Under the pieces are notes generated by a model, which saw only the letters and a program-made list of their open reading frames with translations, did not search any database and was not told the origin of the DNA. Of a stretch of 64,000 bases of DNA, positions 22,237 to 32,817 are shown piece after piece. The position numbers were made by a program, and so were the translations under genes. Every line of letters starts with the position of its first letter. The first letter of the stretch is position 1. Source of the DNA: a virus (lineage: Duplodnaviria > Caudoviricetes); IMG/VR virus record IMGVR_UViG_3300005546_000001, positions 66,978-130,977 of that record; one strand, given 5' to 3'.

Positions 22237-22587
22237 TTAGTTGTCTGGTAGAATCTCCATCCGTTCGGCTGTCACGACATCCCTAAAAAGGTTTCCGTAA
22301 TAAAATCCTTTCCATTTGACATCGTAAAGACGAACTCTCTTCACAACCACAGGGCTGCACTCATTCCTTGCAAATCTTTTGGCTTTGTGTTTTCTAAAAA
22401 AGGCGTGAAACCCTTTATCTGGATTTTCATCTAGTTCGCCAAGAGTGCCATCAGAATTATAAATCTTTCCTACTTCATAAGATAAATTTTTATAAATCGG
22501 AGAAAATAATCTATCATTTTTTACCAAGAATACCTTCCACGCTAGCATTTCTGGCATAATAAACTCTTTTGCATTTGAAATACACAT
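22237..22587 (-). CDS. Hypothetical protein, paralog of 42878-43279
   Basis: MC..WKVF..LFSP..GFHAF pattern shared with 42878-43279. Confidence 0.55.
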   Translation of the reverse strand: MCISNAKEFIMPEMLAWKVFLVKNDRLFSPIYKNLSYEVGKIYNSDGTLGELDENPDKGFHAFFRKHKAKRFARNECSPVVVKRVRLYDVKWKGFYYGNLFRDVVTAERMEILPDN

Positions 22588-22595
22588 TTTTCCTC

Positions 22596-23024
22596 CTAGC
22601 TCACCATCTTTGAATGATTTGAAAAATCAAGAACTTCTCCAGTAATCCCACCTAGTACAAAAATACTTCCCGGCTGAAGTACTAGAGTGTGTCCCGCTGG
22701 AACAGTTTTTATTTCAGAAGTTTGTAGTGGAGTAGTTACAGAATCAAATAACATGACCGCATCTGAAACTGGCGCACAATTTATCAGAACCTCGTAATGT
22801 TTCGCCAAAACCGCAACGTGCGTAATTTCCCACGGCTCCTCTGCGCGAGGAAAAACAACCGGAAATCTGTTTGTCACCCCCCAACATGCTCCGTAAAGAC
22901 TTGCCATCGGCTCTCCAAACCACGCCCTGAAATATGCTTCGTAATCTATTTCAGAACCATCTTCAATCGGTGAGCCTTTCCATAACCCAATTTCAAGTTC
23001 TATCGGCGCGAATTGCGGTATCAT
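22596..23024 (-). CDS. Hypothetical protein resembling small beta-rich phage tail-associated proteins
   Basis: TNRFPVVFPRAEEPWEITHVAV..KTVPAGHTLVLQPGSI resembles the NxxxIxFPxAxxxWGxITH..KTIxxGD pattern. Confidence 0.4.
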   Translation of the reverse strand: MIPQFAPIELEIGLWKGSPIEDGSEIDYEAYFRAWFGEPMASLYGACWGVTNRFPVVFPRAEEPWEITHVAVLAKHYEVLINCAPVSDAVMLFDSVTTPLQTSEIKTVPAGHTLVLQPGSIFVLGGITGEVLDFSNHSKMVS

Positions 23025-23618
23025 TTTAGTCGCCCTTTCTTGCTACTTTTTTCTGAGCTACATCGTACACCAAATACTGCTCGGCTTCTTCTTTAGGGAT
23101 TTCTTTCCAACCTTGTATTTCAATTCCTTCGATTTCTTCCCATTCATAACTATCTATAGTTTCCTTGACGGCACTTTGAATTTGTTCTGGATCAAGGACC
23201 TGAAAGAAGCTGTAAAAAGATTTGCCACCCAGCGCCGCGTTGTCCGGCACAATGAGATACAAATCAGAACTCAGAGTCTTTGAGACTTCTACCTTAAGAT
23301 ACTTACTCATTCAGCCTCCAATCCATCATAGAAATACAAGTCGTCATCATCGTGCCCAACAGATGTTGGCTCCCAAGTATCGCTGCAATCAGGAGCAAAG
23401 CATTTGGCTTCATACCACTCATCCCAATAGTGATCGAATGTTTCTTGTGTTGGAAACGGTTGGACATGACCGGCCCCACATTCTGGAGCATCCCATCCAG
23501 TTAATTCTTGCAGATAGCGAGCAATCGCTTTCTTTCTATCCGTAAAAATCATCGGATCGAAAGCAGGAATTCCGCCGACTATTTCTTCAATTACATAGAA
23601 TTTCATTTCCCCCCCCCC

Positions 23619-25541
23619 CTAAGATTTATCTGACCAGTTATGCCCGACCTTTCCTTCTGCCATTGCTGGTACTGCTGTTAAACATTGATTCATACAGTCA
23701 GTCATGATTTTTTTCTGTAACTCGTGGACTTCCTCCATCTCTCGCTCCGGGCCTTCAACTACAATTTCATCGTGAATAAAAGCTGCTGGACGACTCGAAT
23801 ACCCGCCAACCCGAAGCGCCCTCGACACCGCACCAAGCGCCATCTTCGCCCCGTCAACCTCGGTCATACAAATTTCATAGTTCACGGCGCGATTGGGTGT
23901 AAAGAAATTATCCGGAATCCACACCCGGCGCCCTAGCGGAGAAAGGCAGTATCCCCGATCTCTAACAATTGGCGGTCGTTCCTCGTGCCACCGCGCAACC
24001 CCCGGCAATGCTCTGAAAAAACTATCAATCTCCCGCTGGGCTTGCCCGTAACTCATTTCCAGCCGAGTTTCATCCAAGCGTGTTTGCATAAACTTTTTTG
24101 TACCCGACATAAACAACAAGCTAAGAGTCAGAGTTTTATAAGCAAACCGCTGAACGTTTGTAATCTTATCTTTTGGGATTCCTAGACCATTGCTTGCAAT
24201 TCTTCTGTAAGGATCGGCGTTTGGGAGATTAAACTCCTCGATCAATGAGTTTTCGTTTGCAAAAGGGGTGTCTGCAACAATTCTCAATTGATTATTTGCA
24301 AAGTCAACAATGGAAAAAAGATTTCCATCTCCGGCTTTGATTGTTTGCCTAAAAGAATAATCGAACTTGAAGTTCTTTATGAGACAAGGAGTAGACACCG
24401 CCGGTCCCCAACTGTTTGGTCTAGGAAAATTAAGATTTGGTTTAGAAACCTGACATCTGTGCTGCCATTGTGCGATCTGGCGCACGTCTGGGTGGATACG
24501 ATTCGTTATTGGATGAATATAATTCAATAACGGTGCGCAGTATGTTGAGAGATTTTGAGAAAGAGACGCGTAGTCCACCAGCGCGTCCACCAAATCGGGG
24601 AACTGTTTTCTATGTGGTAGCAGAGCTTCTTTAGCCGACGATTCTACTTCTTGTTTTTTCTTGCTGTCCCACTTCTTAGGAGTCAACCCTGTTTTTTCTT
24701 TAAACGCAACAATTAATTGCTGCGGGGAATCTATGTTGATACTTTCCTGCCCAAATAGCCCAATTTGTTTTGAAGGAAACTCAGCAGCGAAGTACTTCTT
24801 GAGTTCGGCTAGACGGGATGTAATTGCTTCCGTTATCAAGCCGTGGACTTCCCGGTCGATTACCAGCCCATTCAATTCCATGTCCGCCAGCCCAAGTACG
24901 GCATCAAATTCAATCTTAGCTGAACGAACCATTCCAAACTCAATTAGTTTTTGTCTAAGGATTTTATATATCGGAATCAGAACTTCCGAGTCACGCCAAG
25001 CATAGATTTTCTGTTCTTCACTAAGCCCTTCGCCCCAATCTGATTGTTGTTGATCCTTTGGCAGAATCTCATTTAGGTATCTCGCAGCCAAAGTATCCAA
25101 CCGGCTCTTCCAAGTAAAATCGTAAGCCGGCTTCAATAAAATATCCGCTAGCATCGTGTCAAAAATAGGATCGGGATAAACTCCGAACTGATTGAGAAAG
25201 AAACTCGTTTCAAACTTGGCGTTGTGAATAATCTTCAGGATTTTTGGTTCGGAAAGAACATCAAGAATCGGCTGAATATCCGTGACATAATTCAGGTCGA
25301 TAATCCACGAGAGTTCTTCCGTAGCAATCTGAATCAGCCTGATGCGGGATTTAAAAGGATCGAGTCCTGCGTCTGGGTCGTGCTTCCAGCCGTCTACAGG
25401 AGTTGTTTCAACGTCCAACCCGATAACGCCAGCAGTGCGGCAGAGTTCGGTTATCTTCGGGAGCCATGAATTTTTCTGTACATAAAAACGTTTCATTATT
25501 TGTCGCAAAAACAAGGACGAAGATAATTGCATTTCTTGCAA
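23619..25541 (-). CDS. polA: Family A DNA polymerase with 3'-5' exonuclease domain
   Basis: ExoI GLDVETT, ExoII HNAKFE, ExoIII YAWRD; motif A DFANNQLR, motif B RFAYKTL, motif C IHDEIV. Likely start is MKRFYV near 25496. Confidence 0.92.
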   Translation of the reverse strand: MQEMQLSSSLFLRQIMKRFYVQKNSWLPKITELCRTAGVIGLDVETTPVDGWKHDPDAGLDPFKSRIRLIQIATEELSWIIDLNYVTDIQPILDVLSEPKILKIIHNAKFETSFFLNQFGVYPDPIFDTMLADILLKPAYDFTWKSRLDTLAARYLNEILPKDQQQSDWGEGLSEEQKIYAWRDSEVLIPIYKILRQKLIEFGMVRSAKIEFDAVLGLADMELNGLVIDREVHGLITEAITSRLAELKKYFAAEFPSKQIGLFGQESINIDSPQQLIVAFKEKTGLTPKKWDSKKKQEVESSAKEALLPHRKQFPDLVDALVDYASLSQNLSTYCAPLLNYIHPITNRIHPDVRQIAQWQHRCQVSKPNLNFPRPNSWGPAVSTPCLIKNFKFDYSFRQTIKAGDGNLFSIVDFANNQLRIVADTPFANENSLIEEFNLPNADPYRRIASNGLGIPKDKITNVQRFAYKTLTLSLLFMSGTKKFMQTRLDETRLEMSYGQAQREIDSFFRALPGVARWHEERPPIVRDRGYCLSPLGRRVWIPDNFFTPNRAVNYEICMTEVDGAKMALGAVSRALRVGGYSSRPAAFIHDEIVVEGPEREMEEVHELQKKIMTDCMNQCLTAVPAMAEGKVGHNWSDKS

Positions 25542-27060
25542 TATGTATTTTCACCCTGATATTCATGATGGGGATAGTAAATAATGCGATCAGATGGTTT
25601 TTTATTCAGTTCAATGGATTTTTCTTTCTTTCTAATCATTTCACCTCCAACTATTTTAGTCAATCAAATCCAAGTATTTCTTCGTCTTCTCCAACCAATC
25701 CTTCAACCGTTTCCGATTCAGTTAATAGATAAACTGCATCACCTGAAATAAAACTATCGTTATCGAAGTCATCTATAACCCAACACCACACATCATTTAT
25801 TTTGATTGGAGAAATAAACGCACCAGTTGTAAATGCCGTGGTCGCATTAGTTATTTTCATTCTTCCTCCCCGTCAAACCATTTGCAATTTTCAGCAGCCG
25901 AAATCGGCAACCCCGAAGTTTCAAAAACTTTCATGCTCGTAAATGTTTTCCCACCCCACTTATCAAGTCCGCAACTTATTTTCATCACGCGGCTGTTGTC
26001 GAACAGCGTGGTAGTACTCTCCGCGAGTTGTCGGCCCGTCACGTTTTCCGGCTTCATTAATTTCAAAGTACACCAGCTACAATCGGCACAGTTCTTTTGC
26101 ATTTATAATCCTTGCTCACACTCATCATAAGAATGTAAATCAAACTCATCAGCACAATACTGTTTAACTGCCAACGCATGGAGACAAAGATTTTTGTTTT
26201 TATCAATTTCCTGTTTGAGTTTGATATTTTCTGATTCTAGTTTAAAAACTCTTCGGCGCAACGACTTTAATTCTTTCTCTTTCTCTGCACCCAAGACTGA
26301 ATCCGGAACATCAATTTTTATTTTACTCATTTTTCTCCTAAAATCTGCTCCATTGCAGCGCCGGAGTCTCCAGCATTCTCCGAGATTATTTGTACAGCCC
26401 GTCTGCGTTCTGAAAATGTCCTTGCGCGGACGAGTGCGGCGCATGTTTCTTTTTGTTCAACTAGAATTCTGGCGTATTTTGTATGAAGATCGGTTATTTC
26501 TTTTTTATGTTCGTCAATTGTGATGACTTCGCCACCTACAAATTCTACACCATCTTTAATAGCATAGTGAAGTTTACCAAATGCATACCAATCTGGCTGA
26601 AGATAAAATTTCATCTTTCTTTCCTTACACCAATTAAAATAGGAATCCCAAAAGCTGTTACAATAAACAGCCCAATAGCTGCGCCAGCTAAGAATGCGTT
26701 GAGTTTCATGTTTGCTCCTAATTTATGAACTCAAACTGAATTCCGACTTCATTACCGAGTTCGATAATTTTAGCTTCGCGTTCTGAATCATTTGTAATTG
26801 ATTCTGTATCGTTTACGAGCATTAACTGATCAGCGATTTTATTATCAAAATAATCAGAATCATCATAATCTTTGGTAACTAAATCCGGTAAAATTGTTGG
26901 TATATTTGCTGGCGATGTTAGTCCGTTAATTTCATCTTTTGTAGCCCCCGCTGCTAAAGCAGCAAACCCCAAACAACACATTTTCTTATCGGATTCCCTA
27001 AGTAAGAAAGAATTTAAATCGCCCCGCAACCACCGTTGTCTATCTACCCTGACTTTCATT

Positions 27061-27699
27061 TTATTCTCCTTTAATTATTTCTTGAATTTCCGGACTCTCA
27101 ATCAACGCGACTAGCGCCATTTCGAGTGTTAAAATCTCGTGGCGTTTCTCGCGTGGCTCCTGTGCTAACTTGGCAACTAAATTAGTTGTGGTCGAAAACA
27201 AGTCGTACAAACTCTCATTCACTATCAATTTGATTTCTCGAACATCTTCGATGCCAAGGCGCTCTTTCTCTCTGTGTACAGTTTCTTTAAAAGCCTGAGT
27301 TTCTTGGCGCGAGCGGGCAGTCTTCGCTTGTTCTAAAATCTCAGGATCGATTCGGCCTTCACTTGCTTGAGCGAGCATTGCTAAATCCCCAACCCTACTC
27401 AGTGGAACTTCTTTTGCAATCTCCGGGTCAACCCCCGCCAGTAAAAGTTTCCTCATAGGGAGCAACCAGTTTCCTACCGTAGTTACGGGGAGATTTAAAG
27501 TTGTATGTATGTAGTCACTCCAGTTGTTGTACCCAAGATCGCGCCAGAGTTCATCTTTCCATATCGGATGCAAAACCGAAGCGAACGACCACCACTTTTC
27601 GTGCAGCACGTCCCGAAGCCGCTGAGCTTCTTTATCCAACGCTTTCGCTCTCGCCAGCCTCTCCGCGCTAGACTCTGCTACTGTAGCTATTTCAGTCAT
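27061..27699 (-). CDS. Hypothetical helical/HTH-like protein
   Basis: LWRDLGYNNWSDYIHTTL pattern seen in phage HTH-like proteins; 212 aa with overlapping neighbours. Confidence 0.45.
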   Translation of the reverse strand: MTEIATVAESSAERLARAKALDKEAQRLRDVLHEKWWSFASVLHPIWKDELWRDLGYNNWSDYIHTTLNLPVTTVGNWLLPMRKLLLAGVDPEIAKEVPLSRVGDLAMLAQASEGRIDPEILEQAKTARSRQETQAFKETVHREKERLGIEDVREIKLIVNESLYDLFSTTTNLVAKLAQEPREKRHEILTLEMALVALIESPEIQEIIKGE

Positions 27700-28577
27700 T
27701 AAATTCCAAGTCTTCCGGCGCTAACTCAATTTTGCTCCAAATAAATGTAGCAATATCTTCCCCACAATTATTGCAGTTTATGACACCATCCGCATAATCA
27801 TCTGCTATATTATACAAATGATATCCGTCAGTAGACTCACAATTTGGGCAGTTCGGTGAAACTTCTTCTAGTTCATGTTCACGATGATATGGACAGTTCA
27901 TTTCGTTTCTCCTTGTGCATACAGTTCAATCTTTCCTACTCTCATGCCCAGCGCGCGGTTACAGACTGAGCAAAATGTTAGCACCCCGGTCGAACCTTCC
28001 AGCGCTCCCAATCCCAAAATTCTGTATGTCCCAGATTCTTTGTGTGTGTCGCTGAACTCCACCAATCTGAAAACCCTGTCGATTTCCAGATGTTCAGTTC
28101 GTACCACAGCATCACGGTCTTCTTCCAAATCTACGAAGTAAATCTGAGCGTTCTTTACTTCAAGAATCCGCGCTGCGAAGTGTCTCAAGTCTTTTGTGCG
28201 GTGAGCATGTTCTTTGATTTGTGCTCCGGCTTCTACGTGCCAAATCATTCCACCCATCCCAAGCACAAAAACCACCAGAACTAAAATAGTCGTCCTTAGA
28301 TTAGTTTTCATTGTTCCCTCCTATTCTTGATTTTCTAGAAATTCTAGAAGATCTTCTTCATTCTTAACATCCACCAGAACCCACCCACAGTTTTGACATT
28401 GGTATCTTTCAACAAATCCATAAGTAGTTTCTTGATCTCCGTATTCAACATAAGCGCCAGTAGTTTCTCCACTCTTATCCGTAATCGGGTAAATTGAAGC
28501 AATCTCACTTGTGACTGTGCAGTCGTCCATTACTTCTTCAAGCACAGTCCATCCACAATCTGGACATTTAAAATCTT

Positions 28578-28919
28578 TCATTTCTTTTCCTTCTTTAAAA
28601 CTAATTGAGCGGGCGGCGACTCCAAATAATCCGCTGCGCGTCGTAGCCGAACTGGGTCGTCTCTGAACTTAGCGATTGCTTTGTTGCAACTCCAACAAAG
28701 CAAACCTCTTACACGATCTCGGCACTGCGCTCCCTGAAATTTTTTATCCTTCAGGACGTGTTTGTGGTCAACTGACAGATTGTTTTTTGCGGGGAGCCGC
28801 ATGCAAATCGCGCAGCGTCCATTTTGAAACTTTAGTATTCTACAGTATTCCTGCCAAGAAATCCCGTAGGTTCTTTTTAGCCTCGCATTCTTTGCGCGCT
28901 GTTGGAGAGTTAGTTTCAC
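28578..28919 (-). CDS. Recombination endonuclease VII family
   Basis: YGIS, QNGRCAIC, VDHKH, VRGLLCWSCN, KFRDD, AADYL. Confidence 0.9.
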   Translation of the reverse strand: MKLTLQQRAKNARLKRTYGISWQEYCRILKFQNGRCAICMRLPAKNNLSVDHKHVLKDKKFQGAQCRDRVRGLLCWSCNKAIAKFRDDPVRLRRAADYLESPPAQLVLKKEKK

Positions 28920-29969
28920 TTGAGAATTTTTATCACCCGCTCTGTTGCATAGCTTTCGGGGCTATAAATATAAATAAGATCCCCTATATTAAATAGGGAT
29001 GCCATGCCAATAAGAATACACAACAGAAGACAAACCATTGTCCGCGCCCATGTTTTAGGATATTTGAAATCGTATTCATTAAAATTTACACCTTTAAACC
29101 CCCTAAGCATTATTGAAAGGGAGATTAAAAACGTTACGATTCCAGCAACTTCTAAGAGCCCCATTGCAAATCCTTGTTTAACAAGCGTACCGTAAAGATA
29201 CTGACTAGTTGTTCCCAATGTTTGCGCCAAAGAATCAAGGCGCTTGAAAATTTCATCTGCTATTTGCATTTGCATTTTGTTTCTCCTTAATATATTTCTG
29301 GCCCATCATACCCAGTTTCTCGTTCCGAGTTCATTTCATCCCAGAATTTTTTCATTTCTTCCTTGAAATTAAATGTCGAGTAAACTCCGGGCGCTCCCTG
29401 TCTGAGCGCTGCCAAGATACATGCCGGACATCCACCCGGCCAAAGTCCCGATGCATCTCTCAGCGTGGGAATCCGCGAATCGATGTCTTCTTGTGTTGCC
29501 CCAGCGACTATTTTAGTTAGTTCAGACAGCGGCTTTTGCGGTTCGCGCCACCTTGAATGCGGTTTTAAATGTAGCCCGCAGATTCTGTTTGGATTGGCAG
29601 TACAACCGCGCTCATGTTTTTCCATTGAAGGTTCGGTGCCTTTAACAGTCTTACAGAAATCGCAGTAGTATCGCCATCGTTTTTGCTTGTGCATTAGAAT
29701 TAACTTTCTATTGAAACAGAAATTAAATCTGAAGATTCAAAAACAAAAGTAACTGAGAATTTACCATCGATATCTTCGCAGACATCAATATTTGCATTCA
29801 AAATGTCTGCAAATTCTTTTAGTTTATCTTTTAAAACTTCACCTTCTTGTTCTGACGCGGTGCTAATTTCAATCCAAGTAGTCATTTGTTCTCCTTATTT
29901 GGTGGGCCAGTATTCGGCTTCACGTTTTACAACTGACACCGACATTGCGACCAGCCCGAAAGTTGTTGA

Positions 29970-30836
29970 TTAGAAAGGAATATCATCTTCCGGAGTTACA
30001 GAACTCGGTGCTGTGTCTGACGGTGCTGTTGTTGTAGCAGGCCCATCAAATGGATAAAACCCACTGATATTTTCGAATTTTCCTTCCTTCTTCAATGTTA
30101 CCAAGCATTTAAAAGGAAATTTTACATTAGCTGGAGCCTTTACAAGCGTCATCAAATCCCCAAAATCAAAGTCCCTATTGAAAAACACAGGGTGCTCCCG
30201 GCCCTTTGCTTCGACAAAAAACGCCGTGTACTCCCCGCCAGCTTTCTTTTCTTTTGTTTTCTCCCCGAGAAGTAGCGCTTCTATTTTCCCATCGGTTCGG
30301 GCCACAGCCTTCGCTGGAGTAGCGTTTGCTGGCGCTGCGGAGCGATTTGCGGGGCGTTCTGATGTTGACTGAACTTCGGGGCCGTCTTTCTTATAAAGAT
30401 GCCTTGCAACGCCAAATAACGCAGCAGCCCTCTTCAGATACATTGAAAAGGCATTTGTGAACACGTCGCCGAACGCTATTTCTTTTACTTCCCCATTTCT
30501 ATCCGTTCTTGTCAAGAATTCCCAACCAACGTTTGTTCTAGTCCGCCCGTCGATTGTTATTGAGCCGGTGATAAACAACTTATTATCAACAACCTTGACT
30601 TCTTTGATGTCGTTCTCCCAATCTCCGGCAACTTTATCCAAGACATCGCAAGCGGTGTGCCACTCAATATAACTCAGAGTAGCTCCGCCTTCTTCGCGGG
30701 TCTTTATTTGATCGTCGGAAATTTTTTCCGATAGCTTTGCTAAAACTTCTTTGAATCTTCGTTTCGGATCTGGATCAGTTAAAACTATTTCTACCGGCGC
30801 TTCTGCGCCTTCTTCTGACTTCTTCGTTCTTGCCAT
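29970..30836 (-). CDS. Rad52/Sak-like ssDNA annealing protein with SSB-like acidic tail
   Basis: IKTREEGGATLSYIEW, LDKV, AFSMYLKRAAALFGVARHLY; ends DDIPF. Confidence 0.85.
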   Translation of the reverse strand: MARTKKSEEGAEAPVEIVLTDPDPKRRFKEVLAKLSEKISDDQIKTREEGGATLSYIEWHTACDVLDKVAGDWENDIKEVKVVDNKLFITGSITIDGRTRTNVGWEFLTRTDRNGEVKEIAFGDVFTNAFSMYLKRAAALFGVARHLYKKDGPEVQSTSERPANRSAAPANATPAKAVARTDGKIEALLLGEKTKEKKAGGEYTAFFVEAKGREHPVFFNRDFDFGDLMTLVKAPANVKFPFKCLVTLKKEGKFENISGFYPFDGPATTTAPSDTAPSSVTPEDDIPF

Positions 30837-31189
30837 TATTTTAATGTTCTCCTGTTAATTGTTTCTTTCTTCATTTATATCGTCAATCATACTACGCTGA
30901 TTATCTGTCAAAGAATTGTACCATAAATCTATTTCGCGCTGACGTTCTACTCGAACTGAACTATTCCAGTTCCAAAAAATTCTATGCTGGCATGCTTTTT
31001 CATGCTCAAACTGAGACTGCGTTCTTAAACATTCCTTTGTTGCTGTTCCTTGTCCCATATGAAACAAAATTGGAGTCCACTTGTTTTCTCCATCAACTAC
31101 TTCATTTACTTCAACTTGCCAGCAATCTTCATGATCCTGATGGCACTTATTGATTCTATATCCGAGTTTTTCGTAGCTCATTTTAACTC

Positions 31190-31708
31190 CTACACAGCGG
31201 ACATGATCCTAAAGAACCCACGGTTCTCAAGTCGAGCTTTCGTTGCCAGCCTATCAGCGCGAGTATGCGGTGTTCCTGTTCTATGTTTTCTTCCTAAAAA
31301 TTCTATCGTTACATTGTGCGTTTTGATTTTATCTCTTACTCTTTCAAGTGATTTTAAAAATCGTTTTGATTTTGGTTGGTGTCCGTCTATCAGCATGTGG
31401 ATGACGGCCAGACAATCACACTTTATAAACAAATTTCTTTCTGGCGGAAATAAATCCAATACGGCTTCAATACTTAAAAGTTCGGCCATATCCGAGCTAA
31501 CTGCGCCAGTAATTGGGCGCCCTATTTCAACTGTATAGTAACCGAACTTCGAAACAACCCCAATGCCCCCGTTTCCAGCGGGGACAGATGCAGACCCATC
31601 AGTAAAGCACACAACACTCGGAGCGTTACGGCTCAGAATACCCAAGGCTGCGGGCGTTATTTTCCTTGGGACTAGTAGCAATCCCATTATTTTCTCAACC
31701 TTTCTCAC
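31190..31708 (-). CDS. rnhA: Ribonuclease HI-like protein
   Basis: FTDGSA, GGIG, MAELLSI, CDC (cf. TDS), ADRLA. Confidence 0.8.
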   Translation of the reverse strand: MRKVEKIMGLLLVPRKITPAALGILSRNAPSVVCFTDGSASVPAGNGGIGVVSKFGYYTVEIGRPITGAVSSDMAELLSIEAVLDLFPPERNLFIKCDCLAVIHMLIDGHQPKSKRFLKSLERVRDKIKTHNVTIEFLGRKHRTGTPHTRADRLATKARLENRGFFRIMSAV

Positions 31709-31890
31709 CTCGTTTTATACAAACTAAATTAGTTTTCCTTTTGCTTCGAGCCTTCAATATATTCTTCAAGGTTGTTGAAGATTACATTGTATCCAGCATT
31801 AGCAGCAGCTTCATCGATTTGGGCCTCAAAAATCTCTATGAAACTCGCTGCATCATTTGCATCAAGTTCCAAGTTTTCATTTGTTCTCCT

Positions 31891-31919
31891 ATATTAATTG
31901 ACTTTTACATCTACGTCAA
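31891..31919 (-). promoter_or_regulatory. Sigma70-type promoter overlapped by an inverted repeat
   Basis: TTGACG (31919-31914), 17 nt, TAATAT (31896-31891); TTGAC...GTCAA dyad at 31898-31919. Confidence 0.6.
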
Positions 31920-31929
31920 GTTAAATTTC

Positions 31930-32817
31930 TCACGATTCGTCTGCGATGCGCCAATCTGTTCTGATAAAATCGTTCGGCTCAAACACAAACGCTTTACTAC
32001 CCCGCATCCACCTGTCTGCATATTGATGATACTCAACAAAGCCTGAATCGAAGATACCCAGAGCCAACGTGATCTCAACGTAGCGCAGGCGGTGATCTTC
32101 GCAAGTGACCTTCTTCCCCGCCTTCATCTGCTCTAACGCCCAACCCCATGTTCCTTCTACAGGAGCGAGCTGCGCATCTTCTACAACGCCAAGATATCGA
32201 ACCGCCGTATTACCCGATTCGTAATTGTGACAGACCTCGTGCCAGCCTTGTAAAGTGAACTTGTCGTACTCGTCGCGTGTCATAATCGAATGAGGCCTGC
32301 GCTCTACCGGAGCGAGCGGAGCGGCGAGTTGGGTGAGGGCGTTGTCGATCTTATGCGATAGACAGTCCGGCCTGCTGCATGGCTGGGGTTTTCCTTTTAG
32401 GCCATAAGAGCGAAATCCGATTCGACAAATACCGCAGCGCCCGTTATCTATCGGTTCGATGCAGTCGTTGATTCGTTCAAGCGCCTCTCTCGCCATCTCC
32501 AATCGCTGCTCAAGGTCGGCAATTGCTAGGGCTGATTGCTGCCTTACTAAAGCCACGCCTGCCACCTCTGCTTCTAGGCGGCGCTCAGCATTCTTGCGTG
32601 CCTCCCGTTCCTTGGTTGCAATCTGCCATTCATAAGGCCAGTTGTTGTCTTTTATGTCTTCCAGTTCAGCTTCTAGTGCGCTGTAGCTAGGCTCAACCAC
32701 TCCCCTGATAACCGCTAAGGATTGCTCAAGGGATTCTGCCGGAGTTGCGGTCTCATCGGTTTCCCACGATTCAACCAGGGCGTCGAGAATTTGCTGGGTT
32801 AGGTCGTCAGTGTTCAT
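31930..32817 (-). CDS. Mosaic hypothetical protein (coiled coil, Cys cluster, C-terminal DUF2829-like segment)
   Basis: Coiled-coil N-half, CGIC..C..C, and WALEQMKAGKKV..TDWRI at the C-terminus. Confidence 0.55.
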   Translation of the reverse strand: MNTDDLTQQILDALVESWETDETATPAESLEQSLAVIRGVVEPSYSALEAELEDIKDNNWPYEWQIATKEREARKNAERRLEAEVAGVALVRQQSALAIADLEQRLEMAREALERINDCIEPIDNGRCGICRIGFRSYGLKGKPQPCSRPDCLSHKIDNALTQLAAPLAPVERRPHSIMTRDEYDKFTLQGWHEVCHNYESGNTAVRYLGVVEDAQLAPVEGTWGWALEQMKAGKKVTCEDHRLRYVEITLALGIFDSGFVEYHQYADRWMRGSKAFVFEPNDFIRTDWRIADES

